Positions 1 to 11,833 are shown, counted from the first letter of the whole stretch. The stretch is 63,639 nucleotides of DNA, filler included, from Saprolegnia diclina VS20 (GCF_000281045.1; 44 parts of 44 records of this genome joined end to end with filler, not necessarily neighbours in it); one strand, 5' to 3'. The notes: generated by a model not told the origin, from the letters alone. Numbers and translations: made by a program.

Positions 1-421
1 CGCGCGGTCGTCAGGCCCTTCTTCTGCATGCGTTCCCAGCGGGTCTGGCACTGGCGATACCTAAAGAGAGAGGTGAGTCGTTCTGTTGTCGACGGATGGA
101 ATAGCGTACGAGCGCGTCTCGACAATGGCGGCGACCGTGGTCCACTTAATCGCGAGGCGCATGGCGTGGCGAAGTTTCTCGTCTTCTTCGAGCGTCCATG
201 GCCCCTTCTTGTTGGAGGTGAACTCGGAGTGCCACTTCTGTCGGCATTCTTCAGCGCTGTGGCGCGGAAATGCGAGCTGAGCCTGCTTCCACGTCGTGAG
301 CTTGGGGTTCACGAGCTTGAGTTGCGCAATCTACGCAGCAGGGAGAAGGTGAGACGACTGGGCATGACGCAGTACAAGCACGAGCCTCATTCTTCTCCCA
401 CTTGATCTTGGGCTTGCTCAT
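1..421 (-). CDS. Mirror copy of the Myb gene fragment
   Basis: Reverse complement of 1189-1609. Confidence 0.85.
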
Positions 422-1147
422 GGCGATCATTGTCGTAGTTGGCTTGAAATTGAAAAGTGAGGTGAACAATTCGATCAAATGAACGCCGGATATGAAGCGA
501 TATCCGGTGAATACACCCAATCCAGTCACAGATGGTGATTGGCAGGAGTCGGAAAAGCTTGAAGTGTCAAGTTCATCATTCAATGTGTCAACTGGATCGG
601 ATGTGGCATCGGCAAACGAAAGCAGATATACCTCGTACAAGCTAATCCTTTCGTGTCTAATGTTTATAGTTAATGTACAGAGCTAACATTTTGCTGCCAC
701 GGCTCCACAAAGCCTGCCAGGATAGGTCTACAGCACTACGCTGGGAGGTACGTGGTGAGACATCCATAAATATATTGATAATCTATCTAGTCGTGTCCTA
801 GACATGTGGTGAGACAGTCCTAGATAGATTATCAATATATTTATGGATGTCTCACCACGTACCTCCCAGCGTAGTGCTGTAGACCTATCCTGGCAGGCTT
901 TGTGGAGCCGTGGCAGCAAAATGTTAGCTCTGTACATTAACTATAAACATTAGACACGAAAGGATTAGCTTGTACGAGGTATATCTGCTTTCGTTTGCCG
1001 ATGCCACATCCGATCCAGTTGACACATTGAATGATGAACTTGACACTTCAAGCTTTTCCGACTCCTGCCAATCACCATCTGTGACTGGATTGGGTGTATT
1101 CACCGGATATCGCTTCATATCCGGCGTTCATTTGATCGAATTGTTCA

Positions 1148-1163
1148 CCTCACTTTTCAATTT
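1148..1163 (+). promoter_or_regulatory. Oomycete Inr-FPR core promoter
   Basis: CCTCACTTTTCAATTT matches the oomycete consensus GCTCATTYYNCAWTTT, just upstream of the Myb ATGs at 1180 and 1189. Confidence 0.75.
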
Positions 1164-1188
1164 CAAGCCAACTACGACAATGATCGCC

Positions 1189-1609
1189 ATGAGCAAGCCC
1201 AAGATCAAGTGGGAGAAGAATGAGGCTCGTGCTTGTACTGCGTCATGCCCAGTCGTCTCACCTTCTCCCTGCTGCGTAGATTGCGCAACTCAAGCTCGTG
1301 AACCCCAAGCTCACGACGTGGAAGCAGGCTCAGCTCGCATTTCCGCGCCACAGCGCTGAAGAATGCCGACAGAAGTGGCACTCCGAGTTCACCTCCAACA
1401 AGAAGGGGCCATGGACGCTCGAAGAAGACGAGAAACTTCGCCACGCCATGCGCCTCGCGATTAAGTGGACCACGGTCGCCGCCATTGTCGAGACGCGCTC
1501 GTACGCTATTCCATCCGTCGACAACAGAACGACTCACCTCTCTCTTTAGGTATCGCCAGTGCCAGACCCGCTGGGAACGCATGCAGAAGAAGGGCCTGAC
1601 GACCGCGCG
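1189..1609 (+). CDS. Myb/SANT-repeat (R2R3-like) DNA-binding protein, 5' part, three exons
   Basis: Exons 1189-1224, 1280-1500 and 1550-1609 splice to MSKPKIKWEKNE-IAQLK...FPRHSAEECRQKW...KKGPWTLEEDEKL...KWTTVAAIVETRS-YRQCQTRW, with Myb Trp spacing. Introns are 1225-1279 (GC-AG) and 1501-1549 (GT-AG). Confidence 0.88.
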
Positions 1610-1709
1610 NNNNNNNNNNNNNNNNNNNNNNNNNNNNNNNNNNNNNNNNNNNNTTAATTAATTAANNNNNNNNNNNNNNNNNNNNNNNNNNNNNNNNNNN
1701 NNNNNNNNN
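1610..1709. other. Artificial contig-joining spacer (first of 43)
   Basis: N44-TTAATTAATTAA-N44 recurs identically at 1610, 3302, 4934, 6570, 8206, 9788, 11422, 13053, 14563, 16155, 17684, 19255, 20779, 22361, 23893, 25420, 26954, 28470, 29984, 31498, 32993, 34482, 35968, 37446, 38902, 40252, 41611, 43006, 44405, 45788, 47171, 48540, 49842, 51202, 52449, 53805, 55062, 56393, 57626, 58829, 60027, 61164 and 62405. The 12-mer gives stops in all six frames. Confidence 0.99.
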
Positions 1710-1764
1710 CCTTCTCCACGTGAATTCCACTTGGCACCTTGCTGTCTCGGAGCCAGCTTCCGAG

Positions 1765-2220
1765 ATGATAGTAGCAAGGCTGTTCCTTCTCGTGGTCTTG
1801 TGTGCACTGGCAGCGGTGCGCGCAACCTCCGGCGTGTGCTCGTGGGGGGCGAACGCGGCCTTGCTCTACGTCCAGGCGTCATGCTTGGCAGACAGCGTTG
1901 GCGAGACGATCGTGATTCCGGGGCAGTCGACGCTGCTCGTACGCTTGAAGTTTTGGGGCCAACGCGACGCGCGGTTCGCGACCACATTTGACGCGCGGCT
2001 GCGAACGTTTGGGCGAAATCGCAAGGACGCTCCGTACTTTACACACAGCGATCGACTCCTCGACGTCTTTGCGTTCGAGGTTCCATACACGACCGAGATG
2101 ACGCAGCAAAAGAGCTTCAGCGTCGCCCAGCGTCCTAGACTTCTCGAATTGGCACTCTTTCGCGACGCGAGCCACACGGCTGTGTTGTGTTCGACGACCG
2201 TTCGATGCGACGACCCTTAA
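1765..2220 (+). CDS. Small secreted protein of unknown family (paralog A)
   Basis: Signal-peptide-like MIVARLFLLVVLCALAAVRA, then GVCSWG...VQASC...ETIVIPG. Complete ORF to TAA. Confidence 0.7.
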   Translation: MIVARLFLLVVLCALAAVRATSGVCSWGANAALLYVQASCLADSVGETIVIPGQSTLLVRLKFWGQRDARFATTFDARLRTFGRNRKDAPYFTHSDRLLDVFAFEVPYTTEMTQQKSFSVAQRPRLLELALFRDASHTAVLCSTTVRCDDP

Positions 2221-2837
2221 TCCCATGGATTACTCAGATCGAGCAGCTTGGTTGCTCTCAAGTACAAAACAAGTACAATTATGTCTGTATATTTTCGTAT
2301 CTCGTTGATTCGAGCAAGTAGGTGGTAGCGACTAGAGTTGTGGAGCATGATCGCTTCGTTCTGCTCGACCAAGGGAGTTATTCCTTTGTTCTTGACGCAC
2401 CGCCACAGCGAAAACACACTACTAGTACAAGTATCGTGCCGGTCGTTTGCCTCTTATAAATATTGCCTCGAGTCCAAGAATAAGACATCCGAGATGTTCC
2501 ATGCTGACGGGCAATTTTGCCATTTCCATGCGTGAGAGGTTGTTCACCGTACCCAGCCGCATTTCCTGCTTTAGTTATCGCATTAGGTTTGTTGCGACAA
2601 AAGTTGGCTCCCCGCTATTCGGCTCTCGGCGCGGGGCTAGGGTAGGGCTAGGTTTCATAGAAATCAGAGCGATGTAGTGGACTGTCAACCACAACCAGTC
2701 ATGCATTTCTAGTCGCGCACAGCGACTCGAGACAGTCCAGTCACACGTGCTGTCGCATCTATATAGAACGCGCTAACCAAGTATTGTTGGCGCCTACCAC
2801 CTCCTCACATCTGCTCTTGCTCCCACAAGCTTACACC

Positions 2838-3301
2838 ATGTTCACGCGCATCTCGCTTCTCCTCGCCCTCGCTGCGTCGGCGACGTCGACTATCTCGACC
2901 GGCACGTGCTCGTGGGGATCCAAGAACGCCGTGTCCTCGGTGATCGTCCAAGCCAACTGCAACGCCGGCGACAGCGACAGCGAAACGATTTCATTGCCGG
3001 GCAAGACCACCGTAGCGCTCACGATGACGCTGAAGAGCCCGGTTGGCGGCTCGTACACCAACGCGACGTCGTTTGCCGCCAAGGTCAAAGTCTTTGGGAC
3101 CAAGAAGATTTCCTCCAAGAACGGCGACGGGCCGTACCACGTCCCCAAAGCCAACGACGAGTACGCGGGCTGGAACCGTCGCACGACCGACGCTGCGAAC
3201 GACGGCGCCTCGAGCGGCTACGACGCTGACAATGCGTATGAATCGAACAACGATTACTTTGACAACGGCGGCTACGGTGCCGACAAGGGTGCTTACGGTG
3301 C
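2838..3301 (+). CDS. Secreted protein of unknown family (paralog B), 3' truncated
   Basis: MFTRISLLLALAASA, then GTCSWG...VQANC...ETISLPG, shared with the upstream gene. D/N/G/Y-rich tail and strong GC3 bias. Confidence 0.75.
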
Positions 3302-4850
3302 NNNNNNNNNNNNNNNNNNNNNNNNNNNNNNNNNNNNNNNNNNNNTTAATTAATTAANNNNNNNNNNNNNNNNNNNNNNNNNNNNNNNNNNNNNNNNNNN
3401 NGCCAACTCAGAAAAATCTATTTTTAGAGTTATGACGTGGCGCGCTGCAGTGCACGGTGGGCGTTGAAATGCAATGTTGGCAAATACCAGCATGATCGAG
3501 TTTACCTCGTTGCGATGCTACAACATGACAACTATCGAGGCTTAACTGTTGTTCGAAACGTAGTGGTTCTTGGCGCCACGACGCCTCCTGGATACCGGAG
3601 TGGCCACCTGCTCTTGGCGCGTACTAGCAAAGTGCATCCACGAGTGGCGAATAGACGAACAAGTACGTTGTCCCGTTTTATCTGCCAACGCACCCGTTGT
3701 TCAGAAGAGATTGCAATCGATGAGCCACCGTTGGAGCGCTCTTATCCCTTCCAACTCGACGCCTCAGCGATATTTTGCCGCATATTTCAACGAGCTGACA
3801 CTCTCGCAACACTCCCAGCTACACTGGTTCTGCACTGCCATGATGGACAGCTTGATAACGGCGAATGAAGGCATAGCGAGGATATGATCAGGCGCATTTC
3901 CTTCACGTTTTCGACGAATGCGCGAGCAATAGTGTGCAGTAGAAGTGACACACTGCGTAGCTTTGCCGCCGACCGCGACGCCTGGACAGATTTGACCGAC
4001 CGTGTCGTCACGGGCCTCACCCGCGTCGTAGGGCGACGACAGAAGAGCCAGACGAGCCCCCGCGCCGCCGCCTGCGCAGCCACGGACCGGTGAGCGAATG
4101 AAGAAGAAGGAGATTGCTAGTCTCTACGTATGCGAAGTCTTTGTGTAATTATGAAGATAACGCGAAACACGTTCATATATATATATAGAAGGGCTTTCAA
4201 AACCATCTCGGAACGATAGAAAGGTTGATTTTGTCTCCGCCACGAGCCCGTTTGCGGAGAAAAGATGACGTTTGATGCGCCATCATTGGAAGGTTCTTTG
4301 CCTTTCTGATCGACGCCATATCGAATTTTTACGGTATTTTTATGGTCTGACGCGGTGTAGCCAGCTCCCAGCACCTCTCTTCGATGCGTAGCGCAGTGGC
4401 ATAATGCACGGCTTGGTAACGAGACTTGCAAGTATTTGGTACACACCAGCCCTAGAGTATGGTCGACGCGAGCAGCGACTGCAGTTATCTATTTGGCGGA
4501 GCACGCCCAAACAAAAAGCACTGTCTGCTCAATGCCAGGCGCTCTGACAATCAATCGGACAACCCCATGCATGCAAAGAGCCAAGGCAGCGTTTCTCATT
4601 CCTTTCCAGGACGCGCCTTATTTCGCAGTTTCCCCGCACGATCGACAACGATCTTTGCACTTGAAGACGCGACTCCCAAACTGCAAGGTTCTGTGGGTGC
4701 GAACCTCAGACCCTAGAATCCATCTATCCATCTCTATCTAAAAAGTATCCATCTATCTCAATCTATCCATTTAACGATCTTCCACTGACCAGTTTTCGAC
4801 GCTTTTCGCTGGCCACACATGTTCGAAAAGTGCAAATTCACCAGCTCAGG

Positions 4851-4933
4851 ATGGCAAGCCGCGTCAACAGCGTCCTCTGCGCCAAGGCCGATGCGATTCT
4901 GAAATTCTGGTTTGGGGCGACGTACCCAACCAC
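4851..4933 (+). CDS. Probable DUF924-family protein N-terminus
   Basis: MASRVNSVLCAKADAILKFWFG contains the ILxFWF start motif typical of DUF924. Only about 27 codons before the gap. Confidence 0.45.
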
Positions 4934-5033
4934 NNNNNNNNNNNNNNNNNNNNNNNNNNNNNNNNNNNNNNNNNNNNTTAATTAATTAANNNNNNNNNNN
5001 NNNNNNNNNNNNNNNNNNNNNNNNNNNNNNNNN

Positions 5034-6569
5034 ACGATCCTTCCGGTTGAAACCTTGATACATTTCACTTCAGGTCGACCTCGAGCTTGTTGGTGAGTTC
5101 GAGCACCTTGTTTTCGTACTCGCGCTTCACTTCCGTGAGCACGTGGATCTAAACCACACGGCGTTGGTCGAGGGATCGAACCTGTCCAGAAGCAAGCTAC
5201 ATGGTCATCTCGTATACAGTACATGCGCACCAAAGCACTGGGCGTAAATGTCTTCGCGGACGGGGCAGATCCGCTTTCGCGGGCTTGGCGCTTGAGGAGC
5301 TTGGCGGCCATTTGCTCCTCCAAGCATCATCGTATATTAAAACACGTTGCTCGCATGCAAAGCCGTCCACGTTCACGTTACTCAAACAAAGACGTCGCTA
5401 AAACCAAGACGTGTGCGGGCGAGTTGGCGGACGCTGCTGCGGGTCCGTCTGGCACGGCGGCAACGCCTGCGCGGCCGCCTGTGGTGCGTGGTGCTGCGGT
5501 ACCGTGACCGGCGTCGTGAACGGCATCGGCGAGACAGCAGGTGGCATTGCTTCGTGAGGCGTCGGACAAGGTTGCACAGGCGAGTTGGGTGGTTTGGCGG
5601 CCCCAAAGGGCTGCAATACGGTCGCTGCTACATGATTCGGGCGTTTCCCTGGTCTCGATCACACGTGCATCAGCAACCGTCGCCATCTCCTCGAAGCCTC
5701 GTTTCTCGCAGGTGTCGACATGGACGAGAAGCGTCTTCGATACGTTTGAAGTCAGCGACAAGCCCGTCTGGCAGCAGTGCTATGGTCTCGTGCGCGTCCA
5801 TTTTGTCGCGCACGAGACCAAAGCACTGCTGCCAGACGGGCTTGTCGCTGACTTCAAACGTATCGAAGACGCTTCGCGTCCATGTCGACACCTGCGAGAA
5901 ACGAGGCTTCGAGGAGATGGCGATGGTTGCTGATGCACGTGTGATCGAGACCAGGGAAACGCCCGAATCATGTAGCAGCGACCGTATTGCAGCCCTTTGG
6001 GGCCGCCAAACCACCCAACTCGCCTGTGCAACCTTGTCCGACGCCTCACGAAGCAATGCCACCTGCTGTCTCGCCGATGCCGTTCACGACGCCGGTCACG
6101 GTACCGCAGCACCACGCACCACAGGCGGCCGCGCAGGCGTTGCCGCCGTGCCAGACGGACCCGCAGCAGCGTCCGCCAACTCGCCCGCACACGTCTTGGT
6201 TTTAGCGACGTCTTTGTTTGAGTAACGTGAACGTGGACGGCTTTGCATGCGAGCAACGTGTTTTAATATACGATGATGCTTGGAGGAGCAAATGGCCGCC
6301 AAGCTCCTCAAGCGCCAAGCCCGCGAAAGCGGATCTGCCCCGTCCGCGAAGACATTTACGCCCAGTGCTTTGGTGCGCATGTACTGTATACGAGATGACC
6401 ATGTAGCTTGCTTCTGGACAGGTTCGATCCCTCGACCAACGCCGTGTGGTTTAGATCCACGTGCTCACGGAAGTGAAGCGCGAGTACGAAAACAAGGTGC
6501 TCGAACTCACCAACAAGCTCGAGGTCGACCTGAAGTGAAATGTATCAAGGTTTCAACCGGAAGGATCGT
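5034..6569. repeat. Whole-contig palindrome (10-nt loop 5797-5806)
   Basis: Mirrored ends. Arm mismatches seen at 5679/5924 and 5782/5821. Confidence 0.97.
6286..6522 (+). CDS. Hypothetical intron-containing gene fragment (coiled-coil-like), mirrored at the contig start
   Basis: EQMAAKLLKRQARE...PSAL, then a GTGCGC...TTTAG intron, then IHVLTEVKREYENKVLELTNKLE. Confidence 0.4.
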
Positions 6570-8305
6570 NNNNNNNNNNNNNNNNNNNNNNNNNNNNNNN
6601 NNNNNNNNNNNNNTTAATTAATTAANNNNNNNNNNNNNNNNNNNNNNNNNNNNNNNNNNNNNNNNNNNNACAACGACAATGGCGAGTCGTGCTGTCAAGG
6701 CGCAGTCCCATTCAGATAGCAAGACAACCAAACCCACTGCAGTGTCCAATTCATTGTTTGCGATCGATGGTCCAAGCTCTAGTAACGCTAAAGAAGTGAA
6801 GTCCTCATTCACGTCGACCGACGAGTGCTGCGGACGAAACAGCCCTGGCGCGGTCCCTTGGTCGATGCCGATGGGTTAAAGTGTTGGACCGGAACAAAAA
6901 CGCCTTTCGCGGTCGTGTCGAAACCTAGGTTGCCTCCTAGGTCGCAATGGATGTCGAACCATCGTTCGAAGGACACACTGCATGCTACGACAAAAATGGA
7001 CGCCGCCAGCACAGAAACGAGCCATGTACGATGGTCTGGATACTGTAGACGTCCACGTAGGCCGCAGGGATCGCCGTGTGACGTCCCCTCCCAGTGTAGA
7101 CGCGACGACTTGTACGTAGCGACGATTGCCAGCGTCAAAGTGAGCGTGATATTAGCCATCCAGAGGCCAAGGTCCGGCGGTAGGACGCCTCGGTTGCATA
7201 CGGTACGTGGTCGTATCCACCCACACGGAAGAAGACGTCGTCGTCTACGTCCTGGAGTCATCCCCATGTGGCGAAATAGATGAAAAACATATGAATGCAC
7301 GGTAAAAGGTGATTGCCGACTCGACAGCGGGCCACAGAGAAGGGCCAGACGGGCCCGAATCATCCCACCGCCGCGTCGCCTCACAAGCCAGCTCACGAGC
7401 AGCGCTGGCGTGGCCGTAGAGTAGGCAGCTTGCCGCGATGTGTAGCGTGAACCAAGTATGGAGGCGTTTTGGAAGCCATGACGTGGCAGTCTGTGGCGCC
7501 AGCACCAAGTTCTTGATCCTGTACGGTCTTTCAGCACCAAGTTCTTAGTGCCGCGAAAGTGCGCTTGCGCTGTCGCGCGCCAATATAGAAATGCACGCTG
7601 AATCACGTAGTTGCATTGTGGTAGGTCATCATCGTGCCGTGCGTTGTGGGCGATAAGTCGGTGATGCGCTGCGCATTGTACCGTGCCCCCGATAACTCCA
7701 CTGCACCGCCCAACAACGTGGCTGCGCCAAGCGCAGACAGATTGATCTCTTTCTCAGTTGCGGCGTGGCGGTCACATTTTATCAGTTCCCTTTTGGGGCG
7801 ACCGGTCGTCTATGTGGGCACCCGAATGATGCCACATTGCAAACGGCAAGAGAAGGTTCGCTCTTGATACGAGATGAAAAGATACGCCAGCCGTATGTTG
7901 CTGTGACCAACGGTGACGGCGTGGTGAGCGGTCCTAAGCCTCGCTTACAAATCGGTGGTTGTCCCATCCATTTGGCTGTAGGAGACGTCAAGTACCTTGG
8001 AAACTCGATTTTTCACTGTTGCACGACGCGCTCACCGCCAGTCGAAACCCACGTCACCGAACGAGCATACAAAGATGCAGTGCTTTCCGTACGCAGGACC
8101 TCTACCAACACATACTTTGCTAGACTCGATGTGCCCACGTGGCATGGTCCACACTGCACCCGCGGGACATGTACCATTAGCGCGGCCAACGAAATGGCTG
8201 CGTCCNNNNNNNNNNNNNNNNNNNNNNNNNNNNNNNNNNNNNNNNNNNNTTAATTAATTAANNNNNNNNNNNNNNNNNNNNNNNNNNNNNNNNNNNNNNN
8301 NNNNN

Positions 8306-9626
8306 GACTTGCGAGCGCGCTCGTCGGTAGCGGCTGGACGGCGTGCGCTTCCTTTGTCTCGAGAGGCGGCTTGCTATGATGGTGTCCGTGGGCGATGACG
8401 TGCACGAGAAGCCCAAGCATCGGCAGAATGTACAGCAACATCATGAGCTCCAAGCGCAAAATTGGCGTCAGAAACCACCCGAGGACGACTTCGATCGCAG
8501 CAACCAGCACCGACCGCGCCACGTCGGCTTTTCCCAACCCAAAGACAAGCGGCACGGTGACGACAAAGACAGCGACAGGCACGGCAACCATCATCGATGC
8601 TGCCTGCGTCGACATGGGGGCGACTGTCTCGTCGCCATGGTCGCTCCCCGCGCTCACACATCGCGCGACCATAAAGAGGCCGGTGGCAAAAGCTGCGAGA
8701 GAGCCGTGAATAAAAAAGTGGCCGCGGCCAATGCGCCCGCTTGTCGCTGGATGCAACTCCATTTTGTGGCCAAACGGAATCGCAAAGTAGAACCACCAGA
8801 GAAGGAAGAGCAGCACCATGGACGCGACAAGGATCGCAAAGGCCGAGTAGTGAAAGGACGTCGACTCGATGACCGACGCGTGCGAGAGCGAGAGGAGGCA
8901 CTCACCAAACACAATGATCGTAAACTCTGCATAGCGCTCCGAAACGTGATGGGCGTGGAAGGCCGGTGCGCCGCCCGACACCTTGGCGACGATCCCTGGG
9001 ACCACAAACTCGAGGGTCGCCAAGCTCATGTACCCAATGTAGAACCAAGCTTCTGGCATCGGGGTATGGAAGAGAAAGCCCCACCCCACGAGCAGCAAGA
9101 GACTCGCAATTGACGAGCGGAGATTCACGATGCGGCAGCGTGGATCTTCGTACGCGGCGCGACCGCGCAAAAAGACTTCGAGAAAGAGGCGGAGAATGAC
9201 ATACCCGATAAAGACTTCTGAGAGGTTGTTGTGGATGCCGTCGGAAATGACAAGGATACCAATCATTTGCCCGAGCGTCCCGACGCGGTAGAGGACGTCG
9301 TCGACATCGTACGTCGACGAGAACCAAATGAACGGCAGCCACGCGTTCCAGATTGTGAAGAAAAGCATGACAAATTGCATGCAGTTGAATGCAATCTTGT
9401 CGCCATATTGCATCGACGTGGCAAAGACGTTCGAGACCGACGATAACGCGACGACGAGCGTGAGATCGTAGAGCTTCTCGAGCGACGTCGACGTGCGGTG
9501 CAGCTCTTTCGGGTCGCGACCCGTCATGCGCGTATGGAACGGGTGGTTGCCGTCCCGAAGGAATCGCCGAAGCACTCGCGACGACACCCCTTGGGCCTTG
9601 CGCAACATGCGGGGGCTGCGCGGCAT
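8306..9626 (-). CDS. ltrA: Low temperature requirement protein A (LtrA) family membrane protein
   Basis: Intronless ORF of about 440 aa with many TM helices. RMTGRDPKELHRTSTSLEKLYDL matches the LELxFDL motif and HHVSERYAEFTIIVFGE matches the HxxERxxLFxIIxLGE motif. Confidence 0.88.
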
Positions 9627-9887
9627 CCTCCTCGTCTACAAATACACGGACCGTTACTTACGTATAGGTTTAGGTGTACATGGAGTATCGGCTCATGGAA
9701 ACGGAGATGGAAATCGGCATCACCACCAACGCACTGGTACTATGTGCTGTATGGCGGTCCCGACATTCACTTGCATCACCGATAAAANNNNNNNNNNNNN
9801 NNNNNNNNNNNNNNNNNNNNNNNNNNNNNNNTTAATTAATTAANNNNNNNNNNNNNNNNNNNNNNNNNNNNNNNNNNNNNNNNNNNN

Positions 9888-10097
9888 AGCAAACGACTTG
9901 GGGACGGACGAGAGGCACTGCGAGGCACCCGAGCGGCACGTTTTGGTTTTCGAGTTGGGGGTGTCGGCGGCGACGCAGCAGATCCAGCCCTTGGACACAC
10001 ATTTGTCCGTGGCCGAGTTGCACACTTGCCAGTCCGGCACCGACTTGGCCATCGTCGCAAGCGGCAAGAGCGCGAGCAAAGCAAGAATCGACTTCAT
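9888..10097 (-). CDS. Secreted cysteine-rich protein, 5' part
   Basis: MKSILALLALLPLATMA signal, then WQVCNSATDKCVSKGWICCVAADTPNSKTKTCRSGASQC (six Cys). Runs into the gap. Confidence 0.75.
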
Positions 10098-11287
10098 GTG
10101 AGTTGTTGCTGGTAAATGCAAATATGACCACGTCCAAGATGCGTTTAGCGAGCCCAGTCCAGCTGGTCTTGTCCTGAGCCAGACATACCCAGACGCGACA
10201 AGCTGTTTTGCGTGCAACGCGTTCGGTGACGTACCGGTTGCTGCGGTAATGCATTCTGCGCATGCGCGTGGTATGTACGCTATGCGTCTTTACAGTGGTA
10301 GTCCTCGCCTGTTACTACACGTCGTCCATCCAAGTACCAGATTGCGGACGAGACAAATACCATAAATATGAGCATAGGGAGCTCAAATGGGGTCGGTCAA
10401 ATGGTGCGTGACATACGCTTAGTACAAGACCACATCTAAGAAAGAACCGCATCTCGTCTTCACGTAGCGCTGATGGCCGCACAATCTGAGGAGGCTAACA
10501 TCTGAAACGGCTGTGAGACACAACTCTGGATCATGGCTCTGCGTTGTAGAACCTAATAAACCAGTGCGCCCATTTTTCTTCATGAGCACCTGTGGCGCAC
10601 GGTAGCTTGTGCAATATAGATTCCGCTCTGTCTGATGGAGTGGGCCAGCGCCAATGGAAAGACAGCGAGGATCTCATTTTGGATTTGAACCCACAGTTCA
10701 TGCGCGTCAAGCACGAAACCTCTGTCGAAACAGAAGGTGGCACAGTGGGCATGCCGGCACAACCAACGTTCGATTCAAACGATTTGTTGATTGAGCCTGA
10801 GCACACCTTTACAGGACGGGATCCGCCTGAGGGACTGTACATGGAGACCAATAGGTGCGTCAGCTGCGTAGTGAGTGCACCTGGCAGCGCGACAGTAGGT
10901 GAAGGGACTGGACCTAGATATAACGCCTGCTTTGGGATTGCTTCTCGTGGAACGCGTGAAGCTGTGCTTGGACCATGGCCGAGCCAGTGCGCCATCTTGA
11001 ACCATTTTGCCGAACTGCGAATATACCAAAGATGGCGGCGCAGCGACACGCCTATTTGGCAAGGCCAGGCTCATTTGCGATTTGCTCATCAAGCTCGAAG
11101 CCTCAAATCCATTCGCCGACTGCTCACTACTCGGCTAACCTGCATCTTGGGCGGTGGCGGCCCGTAACCTTGCTCGTTTCCTCACGCAGTTGCGTTTATA
11201 TCCTCAGGGACAAAAAACAATGTTATCTGTAAAAGCTCTCGCATTCACGTTAGAAGAGGTAGAATATAGAGGTAAAGACAAAGCCGC

Positions 11288-11421
11288 TTACACGTGGCAG
11301 CTCGTCTTGGGCGTCGCGCCAATGCGGAGGATGGGCTTGCCGCAGAGGCTGTACTGGTAGCCAGGCGCGAAGCGGTCGACTGGGTTGGTGCGCACACCAA
11401 AGAGCGCGACGTAGCCGACAA
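11288..11421 (-). CDS. 3' end of an unidentified gene
   Basis: VGYVALFGVRTNPVDRFAPGYQYSLCGKPILRIGATPKTSCHV* with coding-like GC3 bias, followed by an AT-richer 3' region. Confidence 0.45.
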
Positions 11422-11833
11422 NNNNNNNNNNNNNNNNNNNNNNNNNNNNNNNNNNNNNNNNNNNNTTAATTAATTAANNNNNNNNNNNNNNNNNNNNNNN
11501 NNNNNNNNNNNNNNNNNNNNNGCGTAGCGCTGCGATAAGCAGTTTAGGATAAAAGTTGGATCGAATCGCCAAATCCGATGGTCCCAGAGTGAGCTTCTGC
11601 GGATATCGATTTGAGAGCTCGCCCACTCGACCCCAGCGCCAAGATTTGGACACGAGCTTAACCAAAGCGACAAGTGTCTGCTGTTCAAAAGGTTTCAGGG
11701 ATATCCAGGGATATCGCATCGAACTCGTGTGCGGAAGCGAGGCCGTTTCCAGAACGATTTTATCATATCCGTCTCAATCACCGACGCTCGAAATCGATGC
11801 CTGGGAAAACGAAGAGTGGCACTGCCATTTGCC

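Larger units (their letters stand above)
1..1609. repeat. Whole-contig palindrome (arms 1-790 and 820-1609, 29-nt spacer)
   Basis: The contig end is the exact reverse complement of its start, and the ORF track shows mirrored identical ORFs. Confidence 0.98.

Noticed and set aside
6670..8205. Degenerate non-LTR ORF2 tail (YVIQRAFLYWRATAQAHFR)
   Set aside because: The resemblance is weak, there are many stops, and no diagnostic motif could be confirmed.
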